Below, piece after piece: positions 34,716 through 43,999 of a DNA stretch of 64,000 nt. Each line of letters begins with the position of its first letter. Position 1 is the stretch's first letter. The stretch comes from an uncultured Lachnospiraceae bacterium (lineage in GTDB: Bacteria; Bacillota; Clostridia; Lachnospirales; Lachnospiraceae): NCBI GenBank assembly GCA_949076555.1, contig CARUOB010000007.1, forward strand, positions 3,882 through 67,881, read 5' to 3'. A program made the position numbers and the translations under genes. Below the pieces are notes generated by a model, which saw only the letters and a program-made list of their open reading frames with translations, made no database searches and was not told where the DNA came from.

Positions 34716-36878
34716 TCACAGCCTCATCAGCTCCCCCGCGATCCGTTCCGCGCCTCTGCCGTCCGTCACACGGGCAAGCCTGTCCTTCATCCGTTCCCGC
34801 AGCGAAACATCCGTCACCAGTCTTTTCAGATGTTCACAGATCGCCTCGATACAGGCATTTCTATCCTGTACGATATCCCCGGCGAAGAGCATCCGCTCCT
34901 CGGCCTCAAAAAATTCCCTGTCGTAGCGCTGGTTGTCAGCCGACTGAAAAAACACCGTGGGAACCTGCATGGCGCTCAGTTCAAACAACATTGTTCCGGC
35001 CGCTGAAACCGCCGCGTCGCAGTCCGCCATCAGCCCTGCCATATCCTTGCAGGGACGATATACCTTCACATTTTCATGGTGCGCCGCGAATGCCTCGATC
35101 GCGTCGCCCTGGGGATGGTATGCGCCTACCACAGCATGAAAAATCACCGACTTTAACTCTTCTGTCTGCACCGCCCGCTGCAATACGCCCCAAACGGCAT
35201 TCTGCGCATCCCCGCCGCCGCTGGATAACAGCACGGAAAAGCCTTTGTTCTCCCTCCGGTCATCACCTGGCACAGCTTCACCAAACTCCTCCCGCAGAGG
35301 CACATAGTCCGTCCCCAAAAGCAGTTTTGTCCGACCGCCGTAAGTCTCCTCATAGGGGAAACGGGTGTGATACGCATTATAATTGATCAATGCGTCCACG
35401 GGAAAAATATGTTCAAAGCAGTCGTCGATACAGACCAGTTTCACAAAATTTCGCAGGCCTTCAAAATAAGCGGGCGGCGCCTGATAAGAATCCACCAGAA
35501 GCGTCCTTATCCCTGCAAGTTTCAGAACCTCCCGCAGTACCGGAAGTTCCTCCTCCATATGATCCCACCGCGTATGCAGACAGACATGCTCCATCCCCGC
35601 CTGAGAAAGCATATCCTGCGCCTGCTCGTCCGCCGTGATAAACAATACCTGGCCCCCCAGCTTGTTGATTTGCCTCGCTATCGTGATACAGCGCATCATA
35701 TGACCTGTCGCCACACTCTCGTTGGCGTCCGCACGGATACCGATCACGGGCTGTTTTTCATATAGCGCAAGCACCTGAGCGATCCGCTCCATCTCCTCCG
35801 TTCCGTAACGCTGGTCAATGGGCAGCGCAAGCATATGCGCGAAAATATATGCCTCGTCCCCTTTCCGGAAATCTCTGTTTTCCTCCCCCACCGGCCAAAG
35901 CGTCGGCGCATAGATACCGTGCTGCGCCAGAAATCTCTGTAAGCCGTCACGCTCCTTCGCGTAAACCGGCAGATAGAGCGGCGCCTGCGCCTCCTCTCTA
36001 AGAAGTGTGGGCCACAGTCTTTTCATGCCGCGTATTTGGTCATACAGCATACGGTAATTTTCCGTTCTTCTTCTGCCCGCTTCCTCCTCATCCGTTCTGC
36101 GCAAAATATCTGCGGAGATGTTCGAAATGCGCCGTACACCCCTATAACTGTCAAGTTCATTTTCCAGAGAACGGTTCCGGTTCAGATAGGCAGCCTTTTT
36201 CGGAAGCCAGCCTGCCGTCAGCGCGCCTTCTGCTCTTCTCTCCTTCTCACGCAGATACTCCCATTTTTGAACAAGGGGAATCAGACGCTCTTTTGCGTAT
36301 GCTTCTCCCGATTCCATCCTGTCCTGCGCCAGCGGCAAATCGGAAACCACAAAGCCGCCGTCGGGAACCGCATACCATTTCCGCAGACTCCCCACCACAA
36401 AATCGGCTTCCTTTCCGGCCGCTTCCAGATAATAAGACTGGGTCACATCCTCCATCACAAAGACGCCTTTTCCCCGGAGGGCGGCAAGCTGTCCGCGCAG
36501 CCCCGCGCAGGTGTCCGATCCGTAATAGGGATGGATAAAAATAAGACCGGGTTCCTGCGCCAGCGCCAAACGGCCAATTTCCTCACCGGACGGCTCCAGA
36601 TCCCTGTTCACAGGATAAAAACACAGCTCCCATCCATGACTCACAAAGGGCAGGAATACGCAGTCGCACATATAGGCCGGCATCAGGCAGCGTTTTGATA
36701 TATCCGGTTTTTCCCGCTCCAGCGTGATCAGCACAAGCTCGATGGCCTCCCTGCCGGAAGCCGTAAAGCAGCACTGCTTTTTCCCGTACTTTTCCACCTG
36801 CGCAAGATGCAGCGCCTCTGTTTTCCCGCCTTCTCTCACCGTGGCCGGATCTATCTCAAAAATACTTCCGATTTCCAT
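34716..36878 (-). CDS. pseG: Fusion protein: N-terminal DegT-like PLP-dependent domain and C-terminal PseG/SpsG UDP-sugar hydrolase
   Basis: N-half: SGREA, PAYMC, EDVTQS, GSLRKW, LPIDQRYG. C-half: IRADA...ATGHMMRC, LLVDSY, YVPLREEF, GGGD, SAAGTM, ADNQ, DGRGAERI. Continuous 720-aa frame. Confidence 0.8.
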   Translation of the reverse strand: MEIGSIFEIDPATVREGGKTEALHLAQVEKYGKKQCCFTASGREAIELVLITLEREKPDISKRCLMPAYMCDCVFLPFVSHGWELCFYPVNRDLEPSGEEIGRLALAQEPGLIFIHPYYGSDTCAGLRGQLAALRGKGVFVMEDVTQSYYLEAAGKEADFVVGSLRKWYAVPDGGFVVSDLPLAQDRMESGEAYAKERLIPLVQKWEYLREKERRAEGALTAGWLPKKAAYLNRNRSLENELDSYRGVRRISNISADILRRTDEEEAGRRRTENYRMLYDQIRGMKRLWPTLLREEAQAPLYLPVYAKERDGLQRFLAQHGIYAPTLWPVGEENRDFRKGDEAYIFAHMLALPIDQRYGTEEMERIAQVLALYEKQPVIGIRADANESVATGHMMRCITIARQINKLGGQVLFITADEQAQDMLSQAGMEHVCLHTRWDHMEEELPVLREVLKLAGIRTLLVDSYQAPPAYFEGLRNFVKLVCIDDCFEHIFPVDALINYNAYHTRFPYEETYGGRTKLLLGTDYVPLREEFGEAVPGDDRRENKGFSVLLSSGGGDAQNAVWGVLQRAVQTEELKSVIFHAVVGAYHPQGDAIEAFAAHHENVKVYRPCKDMAGLMADCDAAVSAAGTMLFELSAMQVPTVFFQSADNQRYDREFFEAEERMLFAGDIVQDRNACIEAICEHLKRLVTDVSLRERMKDRLARVTDGRGAERIAGELMRL

Positions 36879-36917
36879 AAACGTTCCTCCGCCCGATACG
36901 CGTTTCCCTTATGGCGC

Positions 36918-37943
36918 TTACCCGTATCTCTTCCTGAAGTGCCGATACGCCCACAGCAGCTTGTAATATACCATAAAGCACAGGGTAGATTTCATCTGCA
37001 TACGAATCAGTTTTTTCTCTTCCTCATGGGTTCTGGAAAGATAATAAGAATTTTCCTGAAAATTCGGAAAACGGCAGCGCATCTCCTCCCCCAGCTTTTT
37101 TACAAACCGGTATTTTGTCCGCTTTACCCCTGCCATGTAGGTAAACAGCGTATTCACATAAAAGAGCAGGGTAAAACTGTATTCCAGTTCCGGCCGGTAT
37201 TTATCCAGAAAATCATGCCGCTCGGCTTCTTTTAACATCAGTCTGCCCGCCTCGCAGCGGTCTTCACAGCGTTTCTCCGAAATGGTGTGCACCGTGGATG
37301 ATTCGTGCTGATAGTAGTAATACAGCGGTTCCTCAATGTACTCGAAACGATTCGCCAGCACCAGATAAGAGTTGCCAAGGGCATTGTCCTCATAAAAGAT
37401 ATGCTCAGGAAACCAGAGCGCATGGTCAAGAATCATGGCCCGGCGGAAAATCTTCACCACCAGACTGCCGCCGTCCAAAATCAGGCTCCGTCTCTTCTCA
37501 TCATCCAGAACACCCGTCTGACTTCTCTTATTATTGTGCACCACCTGTCCCACTTTCATGGAGTGTTCCGAAGTCAGACAGTAGTCGCACCCCGCAAGAT
37601 CGGCCCCTGTGCTTTCCGCCCGCCCAATCAGACGCTCATACATATCCGGCGTAATCCAGTCGTCGCTGTCGATAAATCCGACCCACTCTCCCTGCGCCAT
37701 CTTTAAGCCCGCGTTTTTCGCACCGCCCTGATGCTTATTTTCTTCCAGATGCAGCGCATGGAATTTTTCGGGGAAACGCTTTTCATACGCTTTCAGTATC
37801 TCCCACGATTCATCGGTGGAGCAGTCGTCCACCGCAATGATCTCATAGTCAGACACCGTCTGCGCCACAAGCGAGTCCAGACAGTATTCCAGCTTTTTCT
37901 CCGCCGCCATATTATAGACCGGCACGATGATGCTAAGTTTCAT
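36918..37943 (-). CDS. Glycosyltransferase family 2
   Basis: SIIVPVYN, VDDCSTD, GGAKNAG, FIDSDD, YED. Confidence 0.92.
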   Translation of the reverse strand: MKLSIIVPVYNMAAEKKLEYCLDSLVAQTVSDYEIIAVDDCSTDESWEILKAYEKRFPEKFHALHLEENKHQGGAKNAGLKMAQGEWVGFIDSDDWITPDMYERLIGRAESTGADLAGCDYCLTSEHSMKVGQVVHNNKRSQTGVLDDEKRRSLILDGGSLVVKIFRRAMILDHALWFPEHIFYEDNALGNSYLVLANRFEYIEEPLYYYYQHESSTVHTISEKRCEDRCEAGRLMLKEAERHDFLDKYRPELEYSFTLLFYVNTLFTYMAGVKRTKYRFVKKLGEEMRCRFPNFQENSYYLSRTHEEEKKLIRMQMKSTLCFMVYYKLLWAYRHFRKRYG

Positions 37944-40266
37944 CCGCGTCCGTCAACTCCTCTCCCGGTAACCGTTCAGCCTTCGTCTGCCCTGTCACAA
38001 AACGCCTCATGCCAGACCGTTTACAAAACCATCCGCAATACAGACAATAAATCACCGTCAGCGCAGACACCACGTCCGCAATCACAAACCCCCAAATCGG
38101 CCCGTAGCGCACATAAATCCGGTGTTCCACACCGTCCCCGTTCACAAAAAAGCGCATCCGTCCGCCGTCGCCCCTCTCTATCTTCACAGGCTGTCCCAAC
38201 TCATCCTGCGCCCGGTATCCCAGATAGCTCTGCAGGGGCAGTTCGATATACGCCTCAGAGGAGACCGCCGTGTAAGAGACAGCCGCTTTCGTCCCCTCCT
38301 TCTTGTAGCCGCGCACAGACACATCGCCGATATCCGACAAAACCACACTGGTGGTCAGTTTGTCGTCCGTGGCGTCCACCAGCCGCCATTCGTGGGGATA
38401 AAACAGGCCCACACTGGTGCCCAGCTTCGTCTCATGCCCCTTGGATGCCACTGACTGCGCGTCCTTATAGGGCACATGGTTGTTGTCGGTGGGCACCGTA
38501 ACGATAATCAAAAGGTTCAGGCCAACCAGCATCGCGGCAATCACATTCCGATAAGGTTTCAAAGCCTCTGATCTGTCAAGACAGGCCGCCCCCACAAAAA
38601 GGAAACAGGCGGACGCCGGACCCAGAAACCGCCATGGGAACTGCAGCATCGTGGCAATATTGTAAAAAAAGCCGTTTGCCATAAGCGCTCTGCTTGGAAA
38701 ATATCCCGTAGTCATGAAAACCAAAATACCGCCAAGCACAAAAAGGTAAAGCGTATAACCGTCAGCCCCGGTGACCCGCCCGCGCTTTTCACACAAAAGA
38801 TATATGACGCCGATCCCCAGACAGCCCAGAAGGGCGAGTCCCAGCGAAAAATACTGCTTATTATACAGACTTATGGACTGGGTCATGTTGGAGAGATTGA
38901 TGGACTGCTCGTAGTAGCCGCTCCACCGCAGAACCTCCTTGTCCAGTTCCTCATTATAGTAATAATATAAAAACGGAACCGCGTACCATGCGTTCAGCAA
39001 AACCGTGTACAGCGCCGCCTTTAAAAGCGCCACATGCCGTTTCTCCCTCACAATGCGCACACAGTACAAAAGCACGGTAACCACACAGACCGCCGCCACA
39101 TAGGCCACGCTCAGGATATGGCTCTGCAGCGCGCCGGAAAAGCCGATGACCAGAAAATACCACTTTTTTCGATCCCCCATAACGATATGGTAAAGCCCCG
39201 CAATCACCAGCGGCCAGAACACCAGCGCAAGCAGCTCTCCCAGATCCCCTCTGGAGAGCATATTGGTAAAGCGGTAGGGCATCAGCGTGTAGAGCACCAC
39301 CGCCAGCAAAACGCTGCGTCTGGATTTCACCATGGACTTCACCGCCACATAGGCGCAAAACGCTGATCCCACATTTGACAAAAAAAGCAGCGTCTTATAG
39401 GAAAAGGCCAGCGATACCCTGCATATCCGCAGAAACGCCCCTATGTATAAAAACAGATAGGGATACATGGCGTTCATATAACCGTTATTCTGCAGTCCTT
39501 CCGGCAGAATATTGACAGGAATCACCTGTCCGTCGAGAATGCCGTCCTTAAGCCCCTCCAATCTGGCCAGATGGTAGCACAGATCATCCGCATTGTAAAG
39601 ATACGTGTGCATGATAGGGGTGGTCGCCAGAAGCGCTGCCCCCAGAATCACACAGGCGTCCACAAGACCTTCCCCTGAAATTCTCCTGCCGCTTTTCAGG
39701 TACAGCCAGAAAGCAAGGTGCAGAAGAAGAAAAAACGCAATGATAAAATAGGTGTCCGTGTAGAAAAGCGTATGGGGTGTGATGGAAAACTTTTTGAGGG
39801 TAAGCGTACCGCTCCCGCTGTAGTTGATGCGAAACTGCAGTTCCTTCGCGTCCCTGGAAAGTGCAAAATCCGCCGTCAGCTCCTTTTTGTCGGGTTCAAT
39901 CGGCCATGCCGCGATCTTGGTCTCCTGCTCCCAAAGCTCCAGCACACTGTCCTTCTGGTCAGCGCTGTAGCTCATGGATACCGTATAGCCGCCCCTGTTC
40001 ATAACATAGGCCGGCGTGCTCGCCACTGAACTGTATCCCGCCAGAATGTCCCCCAGCGTCCGCAGATCTTCCGAGTCAATCAGTCCCGCGGCATTTTTGA
40101 TTACCAGCGCATTCTCCGTATTGATCAGGCCCATGGTATGCTGCAGCTCAATGCCGTCATAGACGATAGGCTGCTTTCCCTCGTCCCCCAGCCATAAAAG
40201 CACGACAAACAGCACAGCCAGTACCGCATATATGATTTTTGCCTTCCATGATATTTCTTCCGTCAT
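37933..40266 (-). CDS. Large membrane protein, YfhO/PTPS-related-like, probable GT-C glycosyltransferase
   Basis: Extracellular N-terminal domain, then DDLCYHLARLEG, YPYLFLY, RGDLGE, QFPWRF, LP..SYLGY. Confidence 0.7.
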   Translation of the reverse strand: MTEEISWKAKIIYAVLAVLFVVLLWLGDEGKQPIVYDGIELQHTMGLINTENALVIKNAAGLIDSEDLRTLGDILAGYSSVASTPAYVMNRGGYTVSMSYSADQKDSVLELWEQETKIAAWPIEPDKKELTADFALSRDAKELQFRINYSGSGTLTLKKFSITPHTLFYTDTYFIIAFFLLLHLAFWLYLKSGRRISGEGLVDACVILGAALLATTPIMHTYLYNADDLCYHLARLEGLKDGILDGQVIPVNILPEGLQNNGYMNAMYPYLFLYIGAFLRICRVSLAFSYKTLLFLSNVGSAFCAYVAVKSMVKSRRSVLLAVVLYTLMPYRFTNMLSRGDLGELLALVFWPLVIAGLYHIVMGDRKKWYFLVIGFSGALQSHILSVAYVAAVCVVTVLLYCVRIVREKRHVALLKAALYTVLLNAWYAVPFLYYYYNEELDKEVLRWSGYYEQSINLSNMTQSISLYNKQYFSLGLALLGCLGIGVIYLLCEKRGRVTGADGYTLYLFVLGGILVFMTTGYFPSRALMANGFFYNIATMLQFPWRFLGPASACFLFVGAACLDRSEALKPYRNVIAAMLVGLNLLIIVTVPTDNNHVPYKDAQSVASKGHETKLGTSVGLFYPHEWRLVDATDDKLTTSVVLSDIGDVSVRGYKKEGTKAAVSYTAVSSEAYIELPLQSYLGYRAQDELGQPVKIERGDGGRMRFFVNGDGVEHRIYVRYGPIWGFVIADVVSALTVIYCLYCGWFCKRSGMRRFVTGQTKAERLPGEELTDADET

Positions 40267-40311
40267 TTTCCTCGTGTTCCTTTGTTTTTCCGTTATCGAT
40301 TCCCGTATGAT

Positions 40312-41505
40312 CTACATGCGGTAAAAATCCACAATCCTGCTCACAGCCCGGATCACGCTCTCCACATCCTCGTCGGTCATCGCATAGTAGAGCGGCAGAG
40401 AAATCATTTCCTCATAGAGCTTTTCCGCACGCGGACAAAGCCCCCGTTTATATCCGAGTTTTTCGTAATAGGGGAAATAGTAGGTCGGTATGTAATTCAC
40501 GTTACAGCATACATTTTCCGCCGCCAGCGCCTCAAAAAACCGCTTTCTGCCAATGCGAAGCCTCTCCGGCACAAGCCGCAGGATATAAAGATGCCTTGTG
40601 GTGTCCGACTCCGGAATCTCCCGCTGTACAAAAAGCTCCGGCATTTCGGAAAAGGCCTCGTTGTAGCGCTTTACAATCTCTTTTCTGCGGCTGCTGAACA
40701 TGGGCAGCTTGTCGAGCTGGCTGATAATCAGGGCCGCCTGCATGTCCGTAATGCGGTAATTATATCCAAGGGCAATCTGCTCATAGTACCACGATCCGTC
40801 CGGCTCATGCTCCATCAGGCTCTCATCCCTCGTGATGCCATGGGCACGGTACAAAAGCAGCTTTTTATAAAGCGTTTCGTCGTTGGTCAGCACCGCACCG
40901 CCCTCGCCGCCCGTCACCGTCTTGACAGGATGAAAACTGAACGTGGTCATATCAGACAGGGAACCGTTTGGCTGCCCCTTATATTTGGTGCCTATCACAT
41001 GGGCGCCGTCCTCGATCAGTACAAGCCCGTGCTTTTTACAGATCTCTCTCAGGGGATCAAGGGCCACAGATTGACCCGTATAGTCAACCGCGACCACCGC
41101 TTTCGTAGCGGGTGTGATGAGCGCTTCCACCTTTTCCGGATCGATATTGTAAGTTTCGGGATCAATGTCCGCAAAGACAGGCCTTGCCCCGCAGTATAGC
41201 GCACAGTTTGCCGAAGCCGCAAAAGTGATGGGCGTGGTGATGACCTCATCCCCCGCTTTCACGCCCGCCGCCATCGCCGCCATATGCAGCGCTGCCGTGC
41301 CGTTGGCGCAGACCACCGCATACTTTGCCCCGGTCAGTCCACAGAGCTTTTGCTCCAGCTCCGGGATTTTCGGCCCGCAGGTCAGCCACTCGCTTCTCAT
41401 GACCTCCACCACAGCCTGAATATCCGCCTCGTCTATATACTGATGTCCATAATAAATGGGTTTCTCCCTGACGGGCTTCCCGCCCTCGATTGCCGGTTTT
41501 TCCAT
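40312..41505 (-). CDS. pseC: UDP-4-amino-4,6-dideoxy-N-acetyl-beta-L-altrosamine transaminase
   Basis: YGHQYIDEADI, WLTCGP, NGTAALH, TFAASANCALYCGA, FSFHPVKTVTGGEGG, LGYNYRITD. Directly downstream of pseB. Confidence 0.9.
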   Translation of the reverse strand: MEKPAIEGGKPVREKPIYYGHQYIDEADIQAVVEVMRSEWLTCGPKIPELEQKLCGLTGAKYAVVCANGTAALHMAAMAAGVKAGDEVITTPITFAASANCALYCGARPVFADIDPETYNIDPEKVEALITPATKAVVAVDYTGQSVALDPLREICKKHGLVLIEDGAHVIGTKYKGQPNGSLSDMTTFSFHPVKTVTGGEGGAVLTNDETLYKKLLLYRAHGITRDESLMEHEPDGSWYYEQIALGYNYRITDMQAALIISQLDKLPMFSSRRKEIVKRYNEAFSEMPELFVQREIPESDTTRHLYILRLVPERLRIGRKRFFEALAAENVCCNVNYIPTYYFPYYEKLGYKRGLCPRAEKLYEEMISLPLYYAMTDEDVESVIRAVSRIVDFYRM

Positions 41506-41530
41506 CGCCGCTTGTTCCTCCGTTATTTAC

Positions 41531-41560
41531 GTCAACAACCCCGCTGCAAGCAACGGGGTA
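41531..41560. repeat. Isolated hairpin resembling an IS200/IS605 end or a REP unit
   Basis: GTCAACAACCCCGCTGC-AA-GCAACGGGGTA, preceded by TTAC. Confidence 0.5.
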
Positions 41561-41582
41561 TATGTCATTCTCTGTGGTCCTA

Positions 41583-42578
41583 TTATTTTTCTAACTCTAC
41601 ATCTTTTAGCAGCGCGCGGATATCATCCACCCCAAGCCAATCGGTGTTGTTATCGGAACTGTAATGGAAGCCTTCCATCACCTTTTTGCCCGAAAGATCC
41701 GGCTGCTGCCTGTTGTTCCATGTCATCTGGGGATAGACGATAAAATGCTTGTCATACTCATAGGTGGTCGCCGAATCCTCCGTCGTCACCATGATCTCGT
41801 GCAGCTTCTCCCCGGGTCTGATGCCTGTCTCGACAAGTTTACACCCGGGCAGCATCGCCTCCGCCAGATCCGTGATCTTAAAGGAGGGAATCTTACTGAT
41901 AAAGGTCTCCCCGCCGTTTGCCTCCGCCAGTGCCTTGATCACCAGTTCCACGCCCTGCGTCAGGCTGATCCAGAACCGGGTCATACGCAGATCCGTGATC
42001 GGAAGCTCTTTCGCCCCCTCCTGAATCAGTTTGTGGAAGAAGGGAATGACGGAACCCCGGCTGCCCGCCACGTTTCCGTATCTCACGATGGAGAAATTGA
42101 TATCCTTCGTGCCCACGTAAGCGTTCGCCGCCACAAACAGTTTGTCCGACACGAGTTTCGTCCCGCCGTAAAGATTTACCGGGTTCACCGCTTTGTCCGT
42201 GGACAGCGCCACCACCTTGCGCACACCCGTGTCAAGCGCCGCGTCGATCACGTTCATGGCGCCGTGGATGTTGGTCTTGATGGCTTCGTTGGGATTATAC
42301 TCACAGGCAGGCACCTGCTTTAAAGCCGCCGCGTGAATGATATAATCCACGCCCTCGCAGGCCCGCTTTAAGCGCTCCACGTCGCGCACATCACCGATGA
42401 AAAACCGCAGCTTTTCCTCGTGCTCCTTAAACTCGTTTGCCATCATCCACTGTTTAAATTCATCCCTCGAATAAATGATAATTTTCTTCGGTTCATAGTG
42501 GGACAGCACGTATCTGGTAAAGCATTTCCCGAAAGAACCCGTTCCCCCGGTTATCAGTATGGTTTTATCCTTTAACAT
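41583..42578 (-). CDS. pseB: UDP-N-acetylglucosamine 4,6-dehydratase (inverting)
   Basis: TGGTGSFG, YSRDEFKQ, HAAALKQVPACEYNP, NLYGGTK, RYGNVAGSRGSV, MTRFWI, GIRPGEKLHE. Start moved to MLKDKT (AAGGAG SD). Confidence 0.95.
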   Translation of the reverse strand: MLKDKTILITGGTGSFGKCFTRYVLSHYEPKKIIIYSRDEFKQWMMANEFKEHEEKLRFFIGDVRDVERLKRACEGVDYIIHAAALKQVPACEYNPNEAIKTNIHGAMNVIDAALDTGVRKVVALSTDKAVNPVNLYGGTKLVSDKLFVAANAYVGTKDINFSIVRYGNVAGSRGSVIPFFHKLIQEGAKELPITDLRMTRFWISLTQGVELVIKALAEANGGETFISKIPSFKITDLAEAMLPGCKLVETGIRPGEKLHEIMVTTEDSATTYEYDKHFIVYPQMTWNNRQQPDLSGKKVMEGFHYSSDNNTDWLGVDDIRALLKDVELEK

Positions 42579-42628
42579 AAATCTCCTTCCTGTTTCCCGC
42601 CTTAACCGCCATATCACAGCTATGCCGC

Positions 42629-42744
42629 AGACGAACAAGTTCGTCTCGGAGAATGCCGCTTTTCGGGCATTCTCCTGAGTGAAACATAGAACTTCTTAGC
42701 GAAGCAGCCTCTGCTGCTAAGCTTTAGAAGTTCTTTTCACTCTA
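42629..42744. repeat. Palindromic REP-like repeat, family 1, copy 3 (all three modules)
   Basis: AGACGAAC-AA-GTTCGTCT; GGAGAATGCC/GGCATTCTCC; GAGTGAAA..AGAACTTCT-TAGC-GAAGCAGCCTCTGCT-GCTA..AGAAGTTCT-TTTCACTC. Overlaps the mtnA stop codon. Confidence 0.9.
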
Positions 42745-43798
42745 TGCCTAGCGCACGAAACGCCTTCTCGTACGGCGCCCTGCAAAGCCCCTTTTCCGTA
42801 ATGATTCCTGTAATCAGCGAATGATCCGTCACATCGAAAGCGGGATTATACACCTTAACGCCCTCCGGCGCCATCCGCTCCTTGTACCACATCTCGGTAA
42901 CCTCCGATGCCTCCCGCTCCTCGATGGGAATCTGCTCCCCTGTGGCGAGCGACATGTCTATGGTGGAGCTGGGCGCGCATACATAGAAGGGAATCCCGTA
43001 ATGCTTCGCCAATACAGCCACTCCAGAAGTGCCGATTTTGTTGGCGGCATCGCCGTTTGCCGCCACCCGGTCACAGCCTACAAAAACCAGATTCACAAAT
43101 CCGCTCTTCATCACGGTGGACGCCATATTGTCGCAGATCAGCGTCGTGTCGATACCCGCGCCGTGCAGCTCAAAAGCCGTCAGTCTGGCTCCCTGCAAAA
43201 GCGGTCTCGTCTCGTCACAGTATACCCGGAAATCCGTCATTCCATGCTCAAGCGCCACATACATGGGTGCCGTGGCCGTACCGTATTTCGCTGTGGCAAG
43301 CGTCCCCGCGTTACAGTGGGTGAGTATCCCGTCCCCCGCTTTCATCAGTCCAAAACCGATCTCCCCGATGCTGCGGCTGATCGCCACGTCCTCATCCCGG
43401 ATGGCCTGCGCCTCCGCAAAGAGAATATCTTTTATTTCCTCCACCGGCTGACCGGCATGTGCAAGCAGCGTGCGCTCCATCCTGTCTAACGCCCAGAACA
43501 GATTGACCGCCGTTGGGCGCGAAGAAGCCAGAACCTTTTTCTGTTCCCGAAACGCCGCGAGAAAAGCCTCGTAATCCTGCGCATCGATGCGGGACGCGGT
43601 GAGCGCAATCCCGTAGGCGGCGCAGACACCGATGGCCGGGGCGCCTCTGACCCGCAGAAAGCGGATCGCCTCATAAATATCTTCTATTTTTTCCACTCGC
43701 AGCACTTTCACCATACCCGGCAGCAATGTCTGGTCCAATATCTCCAGACAGCTCCTATCCTCCGAGAGACGGACTGTGTCCAATTTTAATGCATCCAT
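42737..43798 (-). CDS. mtnA: S-methyl-5-thioribose-1-phosphate isomerase
   Basis: LDQTLLP, VRGAPAIG, SRPTAVNLFWA, LTHCNAG.LAT, DETRPLLQGARLTAFEL, ANKIGT, NPAFDVT. Start moved to MDALKL (AGGAG SD). Confidence 0.95.
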   Translation of the reverse strand: MDALKLDTVRLSEDRSCLEILDQTLLPGMVKVLRVEKIEDIYEAIRFLRVRGAPAIGVCAAYGIALTASRIDAQDYEAFLAAFREQKKVLASSRPTAVNLFWALDRMERTLLAHAGQPVEEIKDILFAEAQAIRDEDVAISRSIGEIGFGLMKAGDGILTHCNAGTLATAKYGTATAPMYVALEHGMTDFRVYCDETRPLLQGARLTAFELHGAGIDTTLICDNMASTVMKSGFVNLVFVGCDRVAANGDAANKIGTSGVAVLAKHYGIPFYVCAPSSTIDMSLATGEQIPIEEREASEVTEMWYKERMAPEGVKVYNPAFDVTDHSLITGIITEKGLCRAPYEKAFRALGIE

Positions 43799-43834
43799 AT
43801 CTGCTCCTCTATCTTTGTCGGTCAGCCTGCGCCA

Positions 43835-43988
43835 TTCAGCACACGCCATTCGCAAAATCGCATCTTCGATGCTCTCCGCTGTTTCACAGCTTCTTTTGCT
43901 CATAAACAGGCGTTCCCTCAGAGAATCATCCGCCTGTCAAGTTCGTGCAAGCCCGATTTGCCAGTCAAACGATTCTCTGGCTGAACTG
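43835..43988. repeat. Structured repeat, family 2, copy 2 (in the predicted mtnA 5' leader)
   Basis: Aligns with 9464..9620. Stems TTCAGC/GCTGAA, GCAAAA/TTTTGC, GCATC-TTC-GATGC, GCTGT-TTC-ACAGC, CAGAGAATC/GATTCTCTG. Confidence 0.85.
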
Positions 43989-43999
43989 GCAACATCTAC

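Noticed and set aside
43799..43903. N-terminal extensions in the ORF track for mtnA, pseB, GT4 48330, GT4 49634, the ABC exporter and others
   Set aside because: The upstream starts fall in repeats or neighbouring genes, and downstream ATGs have clear SD sites or match family N-termini.
43799..43993. SAM-I (S-box) riboswitch in the mtnA leader
   Set aside because: The S-box core (ATC.AGAG..GAGGGA.TGGCCC...GGCAACC) and a terminator are absent. The leader instead matches a repeat also found before an unrelated gene.
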